A DNA stretch of 64,000 nt from an uncultured Alphaproteobacteria bacterium (GCA_902621855.1 CACNNQ010000005.1:1557-65556); one strand, 5' to 3'. Shown: positions 38,117 through 48,132, counted from the first letter of the stretch. Notes: generated by a model from the letters alone, not told the origin. Program-made: numbers and translations.

Positions 38117-38374
38117 TTATTGTTCTGTGGGAACAACTGATACAAAAGTTCTTACTCTTGTTTTTTTAAAAGCTACTTTTCCATTTATTGTAGCAAATAT
38201 TGTGTGATCTTTACCTATGCCAACATTATCACCTGGATGAAACTTTGTGCCTCGTTGCCTAATAATAATGTTTCCCGCTATTACGTTTTCACCGCCAAAT
38301 TTCTTAACTCCAAGTCTTCGACCCGCTGAGTCTCTTCCATTCCTAGAACTACCACCTGCTTTTTTTGTTGCCAT
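38117..38374 (-). CDS. rpmA: 50S ribosomal protein L27
   Basis: 85 aa, [24 protein letters not shown]. Confidence 0.98.
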   Translation of the reverse strand: MATKKAGGSSRNGRDSAGRRLGVKKFGGENVIAGNIIIRQRGTKFHPGDNVGIGKDHTIFATINGKVAFKKTRVRTFVSVVPTEQ

Positions 38375-38895
38375 TATTTATCTTCTTTTTTAGTTTTAAC
38401 AGTTTTTTTAACAGTTTTCTTTACCGATTTTTTCTTAGTAGGTGAAGCTTTATTTACTGCTTTTTTTGTAACTGTCTTCTTTTTTGCAACTTTTACCTCT
38501 TTAGAAACAATTTTTTCTTTAGTAACTTTAGATTCAGTTTTTTTAACTTTTTTTGTTTCAGGTTCAGCAGTGGACTTTTTTCCACCATAAGAAATTGATT
38601 CTATTCTTAATACAGTTAGATATTGTCTATGACCTTGTGTTAGTCTGTAATTTTGTCTTTTTCTTTTCTTAAAAACTATTATTTTTTTATCTCTGATTTG
38701 ATCAACAATTTTTGCTTCAACTGAAGCATCTTTTAGTAATGGCTCGCCTAAGCTGTTTGTGCTTTGATCACTGATCGCCAATACATCAGTAATAGACACT
38801 TTATCACCTTTGGATCCCTCAAGTTTTTCTACTTTAAGTATCTGACCAGCTCTTGCTGAGTATTGCTTTCCACCAGTTTTGAAAATTGCTAACAT
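38374..38895 (-). CDS. rplU: 50S ribosomal protein L21 with a Lys-rich C-terminal extension
   Basis: The N-terminal ~100 aa are L21 ([12 protein letters not shown]..., ...[10 protein letters not shown]). A lysine-rich tail of about 70 aa follows. It overlaps rpmA by 1 nt. Confidence 0.95.
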   Translation of the reverse strand: MLAIFKTGGKQYSARAGQILKVEKLEGSKGDKVSITDVLAISDQSTNSLGEPLLKDASVEAKIVDQIRDKKIIVFKKRKRQNYRLTQGHRQYLTVLRIESISYGGKKSTAEPETKKVKKTESKVTKEKIVSKEVKVAKKKTVTKKAVNKASPTKKKSVKKTVKKTVKTKKEDK

Positions 38896-38912
38896 ATCTT
38901 TTGATGGCGGGG

Positions 38913-38939
38913 TTTATAGTGAACTATGTGAATAGTCAA
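38913..38939 (-). promoter_or_regulatory. possible sigma70-type promoter for rplU-rpmA-obg
   Basis: The minus strand reads TTGACT, a 15-nt spacer, then TATAAA, roughly 20-45 nt upstream of the rplU ATG. The spacer is short, so this is weak. Confidence 0.3.
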
Positions 38940-38975
38940 ATTAAAAATATGGCGTAAATACTGGGAATAAAGACC

Positions 38976-39728
38976 TTAAAAGCCATCCTTTGCTTTTCGC
39001 AAATAAGCAAATAATTCAAAATCTGTAAAACCTAGCTCTTTCTTAATTATAGTTCCTAATTTTGAGTTTTGATTGAGGAATAAGTTATATTGTTTTTCAT
39101 CCTCTAATAAAAAAGGTACAGATTTTCCTTTATTATTTAAATCATCATTAATTTTGTTTCTAACTGTCAAATAAGCACTTTCTTTTTTGAGTGTTTTCTC
39201 AAGAAAATTTAAATTGCTTATTGTATATTCATGACCACAATAAATAATTGTATTTTTACCTAACTCATTGATTTTTTTTAAACTGTTAAACATTTCATTT
39301 AATGTTCCTTCAAACACACGACCACAACCAAGTCTGAACAGTGTATCACCACAAAATAAAACACCATTGTTTTCATCATAGTAAATTATATGATCTAATG
39401 TATGCCCGGGTGTTTTTATTATTCTAAATGTATTTAAGCAGGAGTTGACTTCATCTCCATCACGTAAAACGAATCTTGTATTTTCAATCTCAGCACTTGG
39501 AGAGTGTATATTAACTCCTGGAAAAGTATTAAGTATTCCTTTTACACCTGATGTGTGATCTTTATGGTGATGTGTAATAAATATATCTTCTATGGTTAAA
39601 TTGTTTTCAAGAGCAAAATTTAATATAGGATTACTATCAGCAGGATCTATAACACAGCTCTTAAGCGTGTCACTATATAAAACAAAAGAGTAGTTATCTT
39701 TTAATTGATTTATAATTTCAACTTTCAT
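38976..39728 (-). CDS. gloB: hydroxyacylglutathione hydrolase (glyoxalase II)
   Basis: 250 aa with the metallo-beta-lactamase motif THHHKDH. Length and C-terminal domain are typical of GloB. Confidence 0.88.
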   Translation of the reverse strand: MKVEIINQLKDNYSFVLYSDTLKSCVIDPADSNPILNFALENNLTIEDIFITHHHKDHTSGVKGILNTFPGVNIHSPSAEIENTRFVLRDGDEVNSCLNTFRIIKTPGHTLDHIIYYDENNGVLFCGDTLFRLGCGRVFEGTLNEMFNSLKKINELGKNTIIYCGHEYTISNLNFLEKTLKKESAYLTVRNKINDDLNNKGKSVPFLLEDEKQYNLFLNQNSKLGTIIKKELGFTDFELFAYLRKAKDGF

Positions 39729-39735
39729 CTAATAA

Positions 39736-40419
39736 CTAATTTGCAATAATAGAATTTTTTGCAAAAACTTTTTTTGATGATTTAATTTTTATTGGTTCAA
39801 AATTTTTATAACTTAATAAAAAGATAGCTTCGTGAGTGAAAAAATTAACTCCAGTAACTGATTCACTTATATCAAATTGTTTACCTTTTGATGTTAATCC
39901 AATACTTTTTTCAATCGCAATATTCATTTCATTACACAAATTCAAAAAATCCTTAATTGTAAAGAAATGAATGTTAGGTGTGTCATACCATGTATAAGGT
40001 AAACTTTCTGTTACTGGCATTTTTCCAGAAATTAAAAGCTGTAATCTTATTTTCCAATGTCCAAAGTTAGGAAAAGAAACTATTGCTTTTGATCCTATTC
40101 TTAATAATTCAGACACAATATCTTTGGGCTTCATCATTGCTTGTAAAGTTTGACTTAAAATTACATAATCGAAACTATTATTTGAATATTGGGACAAATC
40201 CAATTCGGCATTTCCATGCACAACATTGAAACCTCTTGCGATAGCATTTGCAGCTAGATCTCTATTTAATTCAATGCCATGAGTTATCGCATTACGATTA
40301 TTTTCTAATTGTTCCATAAGACCGCCATCACCACATCCTATATCTAGGATTTTTCTATCTTCTGCGATAAGTGTTTCAATAAGAGACCAATCTTTTCTTA
40401 TGCTATTAATTTTATTCAT
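39736..40419 (-). CDS. metW: methionine biosynthesis protein MetW
   Basis: 227 aa with the methyltransferase-fold motif ILDIGCGDGGLM. It lies directly downstream of metX and overlaps it by 8 nt. Confidence 0.9.
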   Translation of the reverse strand: MNKINSIRKDWSLIETLIAEDRKILDIGCGDGGLMEQLENNRNAITHGIELNRDLAANAIARGFNVVHGNAELDLSQYSNNSFDYVILSQTLQAMMKPKDIVSELLRIGSKAIVSFPNFGHWKIRLQLLISGKMPVTESLPYTWYDTPNIHFFTIKDFLNLCNEMNIAIEKSIGLTSKGKQFDISESVTGVNFFTHEAIFLLSYKNFEPIKIKSSKKVFAKNSIIAN

Positions 40420-41560
40420 CTATCTTCGCAAAGTTGTTTGTTAGGAAACCTTTTATTACATCATCTAACTGTGGTTCCTCTAATAAAAAACTGTCATGTC
40501 CTTTATCAGTATCAATTTCTAGAAAACTTACTTCTCTTGATAGAGAATTTAATTGATTTACAATCATTTTACTCTCTATTGTAGGGAATAACCAATCCGA
40601 GGTAAATGAAACAATTAAGTATTTTAAATGGTTATTTGGATTATGACTAAATTCAATATTTTTTCTAAACGTTTCATCATGATCAAAATAATCCATAGCC
40701 CTTGTTAAATAAAGATATGAATTTGCATCAAATCTTTCAACAAATGATTTACCTTGATATCTCAGATAACTCTCAACTTGAAAATCAGCATCAAATCCAA
40801 AAGAAATAATATCTCTTGATTGAAGTTTTCTTCCAAATTTTCTATGCATCGCATTTTCAGATAAATATGTAATATGCGCAATCATTCTTGCTACTGATAG
40901 ACCTCTTTCTGGCACTTCATTATTTTCAAAATACTTTCCATTTTTCCAAATAGGATCACTCATTATTGCCTGTCGCCCAACTTCATGAAATGCAATATTT
41001 TGAGCCGAATGTTTTAAAGCGCCAGCAATATGTATTATATTTAAAATTTTGTCTGGAAAATCGATCGCCCATTGAAGTGCTTGCATTGCTCCCATCGAAC
41101 CACCAATGACAGAAAATAATTTCTCTATATTTAAACTTTCAATCAATAAAGATTGAGCTTTCACCATATCTTTTATTGTTACGGAAGGAAAATTACTACC
41201 ATATGCAACATTACTTCCATTTTGTAATTCTTTAGGACCAGTTGAGCCAGCACAACCGCCGAGTACATTTGAGCAAATTACAAAAAATTTATTTGTATCA
41301 ATTGGTTTATTAGGCCCAACCATTCTAGACCACCAACCCTCTCTCCCAGTAATGGGATTATTCCCAGCAATATATTGATCTCCAGTTAAAGCATGGCAAA
41401 CAAGAATTGCATTATTATTATCAGCATTTAATTTGCCATATGTTTTGAATGCTAGTTTAAAACTATCTATTATATCTCCTGATTCTAATTTTAAATTAAT
41501 ATTCTCGAAATAGGCTATTTCGCTTTCAAGTTTTGCATCAGTAGTAAATTTTGTTTTCAT
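40412..41560 (-). CDS. metX: homoserine O-acetyltransferase
   Basis: 382 aa of the alpha/beta fold, with VCHALTGD and the nucleophile GGSMGAMQAL. It is paired with metW. Confidence 0.94.
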   Translation of the reverse strand: MKTKFTTDAKLESEIAYFENINLKLESGDIIDSFKLAFKTYGKLNADNNNAILVCHALTGDQYIAGNNPITGREGWWSRMVGPNKPIDTNKFFVICSNVLGGCAGSTGPKELQNGSNVAYGSNFPSVTIKDMVKAQSLLIESLNIEKLFSVIGGSMGAMQALQWAIDFPDKILNIIHIAGALKHSAQNIAFHEVGRQAIMSDPIWKNGKYFENNEVPERGLSVARMIAHITYLSENAMHRKFGRKLQSRDIISFGFDADFQVESYLRYQGKSFVERFDANSYLYLTRAMDYFDHDETFRKNIEFSHNPNNHLKYLIVSFTSDWLFPTIESKMIVNQLNSLSREVSFLEIDTDKGHDSFLLEEPQLDDVIKGFLTNNFAKIDE

Positions 41561-41599
41561 ATCTTTTTAGTCTAACACTATTTGAAAGAATGAAGGAGG

Positions 41600-41668
41600 A
41601 GTCTAAACGCTTTAGCTGATTATTGCTCCACCCGCAAGCTGTCTCAAATCGGTGATAATCGGTCTTAT
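41600..41668 (-). promoter_or_regulatory. SAM-II-class (SAM-II/SAM-V clan) riboswitch in the metX leader
   Basis: The minus-strand RNA reads CCGAUUUGAGACAGCUUGCGGGUGGAGCAAUAAUCAGCUAAAGCG. It has a U-rich 5' strand, a UUGC/GCAA hairpin and a 3' AGCUAAAG that can pair with the upstream AGCU, which is the pseudoknot layout of the alphaproteobacterial metA/metX SAM element. Recognised from memory of the consensus. Confidence 0.65.
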
Positions 41669-41769
41669 ATTTATATATCTTCCTAAGTCAATAAATCGTC
41701 ATTTTTTAAATTAAATACTACTTTATTTTGATTTATCTTAAGATAGTTTGTAAAGAAACGTCCAGAATT

Positions 41770-43119
41770 ATGAAAAATAAAGAATTAGACAATTTAAGAA
41801 GCAAAATTAATAACATTGATGATGAAATTTTATCTTTATTATCTAATCGATCTAAAATTGTTTTAGAAATAGGAAAACACAAAAAAGATAATTCAGTTGT
41901 TGATCTAGATAGAGAGCAAAAAATTCTCGACAGATTAAGCTCTACATTTACAGGATCTTATCCGAAGGATACTATTGTTAGACTTTGGAGAGAAATTTTT
42001 CAATCTTCTGAAAAACTTCAGAAGTTAACTAAAGAAAATATTCAATCAAAAAGATCTATAGAAAATATTAATGTTTATAAAGGCGGTAAGGCAAAGTTAA
42101 ATAACAATAAAAGAGTTATCAAACTTTCATCAAATGAAAACCCCTATGGCGCTTCACCGAAAGCAATTGAATTGCTAGAAACAAAAAATATTAATCATGA
42201 TTTACATAGATACCCAGAAATTGATGGATCATCATTAAGAGAAGCAATAGCTAAAAATTTTTCTATTGATAGTAATAGAATTATTCTTGGCTCTGGTTCA
42301 GATGAAGTTTTATTATTTGCAGCTTTGGCATTTTGTCAAGATGGCGATGAAATTCTCCATGCAAACCACGGCTTTGAGATGTATTCAATTGTCAGTAAAG
42401 TAGTTGGAGCAGTTCCAAAAAAAATTAAGGAAGACGTGAATTTTAATTTAAAGATTGACAATCTCATAGATCAAACAAATGACACTACAAAAGTAATTTA
42501 TATTGCATCACCTAATAATCCTACTGGAACTTATTTGTCTAGAGATCAACTTGTTAAATTAATGAATAATATTTCTAAAAACATTATAGTTGTTATAGAC
42601 GGAGCATATGTTGAATATGTGCAAAAAGACGATTATGATAAAGGATTTAGTCTAACGGATGAATATGAAAATATTATTTTAACAAGAACATTTTCAAAAA
42701 CATATGGACTCGCAGCTTTAAGAGTAGGCTGGTGTTATACCAGTCAAAAAATAGCTGATATAATTAATAAAATAAAACCTCCTTTTAATACGACAACTAT
42801 TTCACAGTCTCTTGCAATTAAAGCTTTGGAGGATAAAGAACATATTGAAAACTCTGTTAAATTAAATTCTGAAATTAAAGATTGGTTTGAAAAAGAGCTA
42901 AAACTTCTAAATATTAAAACTAGACAAACTGAAGGTAATTTCACTTTAATTGAAACTTCAGAAGAAGAAGCAGAGAAAATTAGTAATCATCTTATGAATG
43001 ATGGCATTATTATAAGGCGTTTAAATAGTTATAATCTGCCCAATTTTTTGAGAATTAGTATTGGTACAAAAGAAGAAATGAATTTGACAGTTGAAAGTTT
43101 GAAGAAATTTTATGTCTAA
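41770..43119 (+). CDS. bifunctional chorismate mutase (AroQ) / HisC-family aminotransferase
   Basis: The N-terminal ~90 aa form an AroQ chorismate mutase (LDNLRSKINNIDDEILSLLSNRSKIV...REQKIL). The rest is a class II aminotransferase (SSNENPYG, SKTYGLAALRVGW). I prefer the ATG at 41770 over the track start at 41728. Confidence 0.85.
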   Translation: MKNKELDNLRSKINNIDDEILSLLSNRSKIVLEIGKHKKDNSVVDLDREQKILDRLSSTFTGSYPKDTIVRLWREIFQSSEKLQKLTKENIQSKRSIENINVYKGGKAKLNNNKRVIKLSSNENPYGASPKAIELLETKNINHDLHRYPEIDGSSLREAIAKNFSIDSNRIILGSGSDEVLLFAALAFCQDGDEILHANHGFEMYSIVSKVVGAVPKKIKEDVNFNLKIDNLIDQTNDTTKVIYIASPNNPTGTYLSRDQLVKLMNNISKNIIVVIDGAYVEYVQKDDYDKGFSLTDEYENIILTRTFSKTYGLAALRVGWCYTSQKIADIINKIKPPFNTTTISQSLAIKALEDKEHIENSVKLNSEIKDWFEKELKLLNIKTRQTEGNFTLIETSEEEAEKISNHLMNDGIIIRRLNSYNLPNFLRISIGTKEEMNLTVESLKKFYV

Positions 43120-44023
43120 AATAACTTATAATTCAGCTCTAATCATTGGTATGGGATTAATTGGATCATCCATAGCGAGGGTGCTCAAGGGTAAACAATT
43201 ATCAAAAAAAATTTTTGCTATTGATAGAGACAGTGAGGTAATAAATATTTCAAAAAATTTAAATCTTGTCGATGCAATAGAGAGTAATTTAAATAAATAT
43301 AATCAACAATTTGATATTGTTTTTATTTGTACGCCTTTGAGTTCATATAGGCATATATTTAAGCAATTGAATAGCTATGTTAATGAAACAACACTAGTAA
43401 CAGATGTTGGTTCAACAAAAGTAAGTGTTATAGAAGATTTTAAAGAATCAATTAATAATAAAAAAATTTTATTTGTTCCTGCCCACCCTATTGCGGGATT
43501 AGAGAAAAGTGGACCAGAATTTGGTTTCGCAAAGCTGTTTGAGAATAGGTATTGTATTTTGACCCCAATAGAAACTCGGAGTGAGATAACAAAATCAATT
43601 TCAGATATTTGGGAGTCATTTGGAATGAATATAGAAATCATGGAACCTAAACGTCATGACAGAGTATTAGCAATGACATCTCATATTCCACAACTCATTG
43701 CATACTCTGTGGTAGGAACTGCAACAGAGCTTGAATCTCAAATGAAAGATGAAGTAATTAAATATTCAGCTGCAGGTTTTAGAGATTTCACAAGATTGGC
43801 AGGTAGTGATCCAGTAATGTGGCGTGATGTTTATGAAAAAAATAAAGAAGCTGTTTTAGAAATGCTTGGTCGTTTCAGTGAAGATTTACTTACTTATCAA
43901 AAAGCAATAAGAAATAATGATTTAAGGTTTTTGGAAGAAAAATTTATAAAATCAAAAGAAATTAGAAAAATTATTGAAGAGATTGGTCAAGCAGGTACTT
44001 TTGATCCAACAGAAAAGAGTTAA
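43112..44023 (+). CDS. tyrA: prephenate/arogenate dehydrogenase
   Basis: 303 aa with a Rossmann GMGLIGSS motif and an HPIAG segment. It overlaps the upstream fusion gene by 8 nt. Confidence 0.88.
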   Translation: MSKITYNSALIIGMGLIGSSIARVLKGKQLSKKIFAIDRDSEVINISKNLNLVDAIESNLNKYNQQFDIVFICTPLSSYRHIFKQLNSYVNETTLVTDVGSTKVSVIEDFKESINNKKILFVPAHPIAGLEKSGPEFGFAKLFENRYCILTPIETRSEITKSISDIWESFGMNIEIMEPKRHDRVLAMTSHIPQLIAYSVVGTATELESQMKDEVIKYSAAGFRDFTRLAGSDPVMWRDVYEKNKEAVLEMLGRFSEDLLTYQKAIRNNDLRFLEEKFIKSKEIRKIIEEIGQAGTFDPTEKS

Positions 44024-44727
44024 TTGTTAAGCAATAAATTTGAAGCTGTCTCTATTCTGTTTTGAACTTCTTCTAATATAACTTTTTTATCTAAACCCTC
44101 ATTAATTACGGGCAAAAACTTTATAGTTATTATTCCTGTTTTTAAAATCCAAGATTTTTTTGGCCAACATAAACCTGAATTTAATGCTATAGGGAGAATT
44201 TTTCTTTTTGTATGATTATAAATTCCAATAAAACCTGTTTTATAATCAGGTTTACTGCCAGGCATTTTTCTTGTTCCTTCAGGAAAAATAATAATTGATG
44301 ATCCAGAGGATAATTTAGATTGAACTTCCTGTAACATACTTCTCATAGCTTTTGTTCCTCCATCTCTATTAATCGCAACCATATTAGACTTGAACAAATA
44401 TTGGCCAAAAATTGGTATAAAGAAAAGTTCTCTTTTATGGACAAAGAAACAATCTTTTAAATAGTAATAGAGCGCAAGTGTCTCAAACGCGGACTGATGT
44501 TTAGATGCAATCAATACGCTTTCATTTGGAATATTTTCTAAACCCTCAATTTTATGTTTAATGTTACATATTAGATTTAGAAAATCAAAAATAACACGTA
44601 TCCAAAGTTTGGCTGGATATTTAAGTAAATAACTTGGCAAAAGAAGGAAAGGTAAACATACAATACCCATCAATACAGTCCACATAACTAAGGAAATGTA
44701 AAATATTATACTTTTTAAAATTAACAT
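44020..44727 (-). CDS. plsC: 1-acyl-sn-glycerol-3-phosphate acyltransferase
   Basis: 235 aa with an N-terminal transmembrane helix, an acyltransferase block KHQSAFE and an FPEGTR block. Confidence 0.85.
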   Translation of the reverse strand: MLILKSIIFYISLVMWTVLMGIVCLPFLLLPSYLLKYPAKLWIRVIFDFLNLICNIKHKIEGLENIPNESVLIASKHQSAFETLALYYYLKDCFFVHKRELFFIPIFGQYLFKSNMVAINRDGGTKAMRSMLQEVQSKLSSGSSIIIFPEGTRKMPGSKPDYKTGFIGIYNHTKRKILPIALNSGLCWPKKSWILKTGIITIKFLPVINEGLDKKVILEEVQNRIETASNLLLNN

Positions 44728-44777
44728 ATCTAATGATTTTGTTTTATATACTAGCCTTACTGATCTATATATAATTT

Positions 44778-45218
44778 ATGTTCATTGTTTGTACTAATTG
44801 TGAATTCAAGTATTTAGTAAATTCTGCAGATTTAAAACCAAAAGGCAGAATGGTTGAATGTGTAAACTGTGGCCATCAATGGTTCCAAGAAATTAATGAA
44901 TTAGAAACATTTTCTGCAGCCCCATCAACTAATCAATTAAATGTGGAGTCAAACAAAATTAATAAGCTAAATGAAGAAGATAAAGATAAAAAAATTAAAA
45001 ATTTGCCAAGCACAGTAGTTAGACAAGAAAAGCCTAGTACAAGAAATTCTGTACTTCTTTTATTATTAATATTTATTATTTTCCTTGGAATTTGGTTTTT
45101 AAGATCCTATGGAATAAATACATTTGTTCTAATTGAATTTTATATAATTGAGTTTTTTTTTAATTTAAATTTAATAATTACAGACTTAGCTATCATTATA
45201 CATGACATTTTAAATTAG
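44778..45218 (+). CDS. MJ0042-type zinc-ribbon membrane protein
   Basis: 146 aa with an N-terminal CTNC...CVNCGHQW zinc ribbon and a C-terminal transmembrane segment. Confidence 0.7.
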   Translation: MFIVCTNCEFKYLVNSADLKPKGRMVECVNCGHQWFQEINELETFSAAPSTNQLNVESNKINKLNEEDKDKKIKNLPSTVVRQEKPSTRNSVLLLLLIFIIFLGIWFLRSYGINTFVLIEFYIIEFFFNLNLIITDLAIIIHDILN

Positions 45219-46460
45219 TTATAACCAGCTAGGAATATTATCTGTTTCAATTGTTTTCTCAATTTTTTCAGGGGAATAAACAATTGCATAATTATCTTTA
45301 TATATTAAAATTTCAGAAGGTAGTGGTCTAGAATTATAGTTTGAAGACATAACTTTTCCATAAGCTCCTGAATTTTTTATAACCAGTAAATTACCAATTT
45401 TTTGTTTAGCTAATCTTATATTTTTCGAAAACATATCTGAACTTTCACAAATTGGACCAGCAATAGTATAATCAATAAACTGCTCTGAGTTAGAATTTAT
45501 TGCTAATATTTCATGATGTGCACCATACATAGCTGGACGTATTAGTGTATTCATCCCAGCATCAACTATTAAATAGTCAATGCCTCCGTTATTTTTGATC
45601 GTAATAATAGAAGTGATTATTATTCCAGATTCAGCAATTAAATACCTACCAGGCTCAAAAGATAATTCATATTTTGTTTTTGCAAAACAATTATCTAGTT
45701 CTTGTTTTACCATCTCAATATTAAAGTCAGGATCTGAGTCTTTATATTTAACATGAAAACCTCCACCTAAATCTATATGTTTTATCATAATACCTGACTC
45801 AAAAAACTTATCTGCAATTTTTTTCATTTGATTAAACATATTTTTATAAACTTCAATTTTACTTATTTGGCTTCCAATATGACAGCTAATACCAACTAAA
45901 TTTAAACTTTTACAAGCTTTCACTAATTCAATAATTTTATCTACATTATCAATATCTATACCAAATTTATCAGTCTTTTTTCCTGTTGAAATTTTACTTA
46001 AAGTTTCGCCATCAATATCTGGATTAAGTCTAACACCAATATCCACAGTTTTATTTTTCTCTTTTGCTAAATTATTTATTAATTTTATTTCTTCTAATGC
46101 TTCAGTATTAATCAGACGTATATTTTTGTGAATTGCATAAAGTAAGTCTTGTTCAGATTTTCCTACACCTTCAAAAATTATTTTTTTTGGGTCAAAGCCA
46201 GCCTTCAAAGCTCTTTTAAGTTCACCACTTGAAACTACATCTGCTCCTATACCTAATGACTGCATTAATTTTAAAATAGCTTGATTTGAATTAGATTTAA
46301 CTGAATAAAAAATATTATTACCTAAAATTTCCTTAGTTTTATTTACTTGGTTAATAATTTTTTCTTGTGAATACACATAAAAGGGTGTTTCACAAACTTT
46401 AACCAATTCATACAGAGAAACACCCTCAATATATGGGTCACTATTTTTATAGTTTAGCAT
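45219..46460 (-). CDS. lysA: diaminopimelate decarboxylase
   Basis: 413 aa. PLP lysine context YSVKSN, HIGSQ, and EPGR and CESSD segments. Confidence 0.94.
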   Translation of the reverse strand: MLNYKNSDPYIEGVSLYELVKVCETPFYVYSQEKIINQVNKTKEILGNNIFYSVKSNSNQAILKLMQSLGIGADVVSSGELKRALKAGFDPKKIIFEGVGKSEQDLLYAIHKNIRLINTEALEEIKLINNLAKEKNKTVDIGVRLNPDIDGETLSKISTGKKTDKFGIDIDNVDKIIELVKACKSLNLVGISCHIGSQISKIEVYKNMFNQMKKIADKFFESGIMIKHIDLGGGFHVKYKDSDPDFNIEMVKQELDNCFAKTKYELSFEPGRYLIAESGIIITSIITIKNNGGIDYLIVDAGMNTLIRPAMYGAHHEILAINSNSEQFIDYTIAGPICESSDMFSKNIRLAKQKIGNLLVIKNSGAYGKVMSSNYNSRPLPSEILIYKDNYAIVYSPEKIEKTIETDNIPSWL

Positions 46461-46646
46461 TTATTCAGTATCTATAACAACAGATTGTTGACGTTTTTTC
46501 TCTTCTTCTAACTTCTCTAAACATGCCTCATCACATGGATATGTAATTACTGAATTGTCTATTTGATCTTCTGGTAAACTTAGAGGACCAACTTTACCAC
46601 AACTAAAAACAAACAAGAAGAATGATAATAATATTAACCTGATCAT
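46461..46646 (-). CDS. small lipoprotein, LptM/YifL-like
   Basis: 61 aa with a signal peptide, a lipobox ending FSC, and then GKVGPLSLP, which resembles the CGxKGPLxLP motif. It is wedged between argH and lysA with zero or 1-nt spacing. Confidence 0.7.
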   Translation of the reverse strand: MIRLILLSFFLFVFSCGKVGPLSLPEDQIDNSVITYPCDEACLEKLEEEKKRQQSVVIDTE

Positions 46647-48028
46647 TATAAGTATTTTTTTATAGCAAGTTTTATCATTTTTTTAGTAATTTCAGGAGCT
46701 GTACCCCCAAAACTTGATTTTGATTTAACACTATTGGCAGCTGATAGCACTTTTTTTGCGTCAGCTGTTATATTTTTGTCAAATTTTTTTAATTCATCAA
46801 GAGATAATGAATCTATATTTTTATTTTTTTTTGAACAATATGAAATTATCTTTCCTGTAACATTATAGGCATCCCTAAATGAATATCTAAGATTTTGAAC
46901 TAACCAATTAGCCAAATCTGTTGCGGTTGCATTTGAATTTTCAATCAACTTTTTCATTCTAGTTTTGTTGAATGTTGATTTTGATAAAATTTCGTTCAGA
47001 ACTTTTATACACAAAGAAACATTGTCGTATGAATTAAATGTTATTTGTTTATCGTCTTGTAAGTCTTTACTATAAGAAAGTGGCAACCCTTTAACAATAT
47101 TAAGCATTGTGCTTAAATTACTAATGATAATACTTGTTTTTCCTCTAACAAGTTCTGCGCCATCAGGATTTTTTTTCTGAGGCATAATTGAACTGCCAGT
47201 TGAAAGATCATCTGGTAAATTTATAAATTCAAATTGTTGATTTGACCAAAGTACTATTTCTTCTGCTATTTTTGAGAAATGAACAGCAATTAATGATAGA
47301 ACAAATAAAAATTCTATTACAAAGTCTCTATCTGAGACTGTATCTATTGCATTTTTTGTTGGCTCTCTAAAACCTAACTCTTTAGATGTATATTTTCTAT
47401 CAATAGGAAAAGAGGTGCCTGCAAGTGCAGCTGCTCCTAAAGGGTTTTCATTAAGACGATATAAACAATCTTCAAGTCTTGTTCTGTCTCTACCAATCAT
47501 TTCAACATAAGCTAAAACATGATGAGCTAATGTTATTGGTTGAGCAATTTGTAAATGAGTATAACCTGGCATAATTGTTTCAGTATTTTTTGTTGCAATA
47601 TTAATCAAAGTTTTCTGAAATTTTTTTAGTTCACTATCTAAGATTTTAGATTCTTTTTTAATCCATAATTTTAAATCAGTTACTACCTGATCATTTCTAG
47701 ATCTTGCAGTATGAAGCTTTCCTGCAACTTTTCCAATTTTCTTAAATAATAAACTTTCAATATTCATATGAATATCTTCAAGTTTTTTTGAAAATATGAC
47801 CTTGTTTTTTTCAATATCTCTTTCAATTGCTTTAAGTCCAGAGACTATTGCACTTTGTTCTTTTTTATTTATTATTCTTTGTTTACCGAGCATTCTAGCA
47901 TGTGCTATTGACCCAGTTATATCTTCTTTATACAGACGTTGATCGATATCTATAGACGAATTAATCGCATCTAAAATCTCACTAGGTCCTTTTGAAAAAT
48001 GGACATTTCTTGAAGGATTTTTTTTCAT
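46646..48028 (-). CDS. argH: argininosuccinate lyase
   Basis: 460 aa with the fumarate-lyase signature GSSIMPQKKNPD. Confidence 0.96.
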   Translation of the reverse strand: MKKNPSRNVHFSKGPSEILDAINSSIDIDQRLYKEDITGSIAHARMLGKQRIINKKEQSAIVSGLKAIERDIEKNKVIFSKKLEDIHMNIESLLFKKIGKVAGKLHTARSRNDQVVTDLKLWIKKESKILDSELKKFQKTLINIATKNTETIMPGYTHLQIAQPITLAHHVLAYVEMIGRDRTRLEDCLYRLNENPLGAAALAGTSFPIDRKYTSKELGFREPTKNAIDTVSDRDFVIEFLFVLSLIAVHFSKIAEEIVLWSNQQFEFINLPDDLSTGSSIMPQKKNPDGAELVRGKTSIIISNLSTMLNIVKGLPLSYSKDLQDDKQITFNSYDNVSLCIKVLNEILSKSTFNKTRMKKLIENSNATATDLANWLVQNLRYSFRDAYNVTGKIISYCSKKNKNIDSLSLDELKKFDKNITADAKKVLSAANSVKSKSSFGGTAPEITKKMIKLAIKKYL

Positions 48029-48132
48029 TTTGCGCGCCTATAAGAGATATTTATATTAATTTCCAGTCTAATGCTTAAATTATTTTCATACAGCAAATTT
48101 TTCTTATATAAGCTCACCTTTATAGAACTCAC

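Noticed and set aside
48029-48132. Possible SAM-V/SAM-II-like leader ahead of the FadN-ligase-metY operon (GCUUAAA...AGCAAAU...UAAGCU)
   Set aside because: Only loose resemblance. It lacks the AAAGCU tract, and I could not draw the U-rich/A-rich triplex arrangement convincingly. The CUUAUAUAAG palindrome explains most of the apparent pairing. It is worth including in a covariance-model scan, but I am not calling it.
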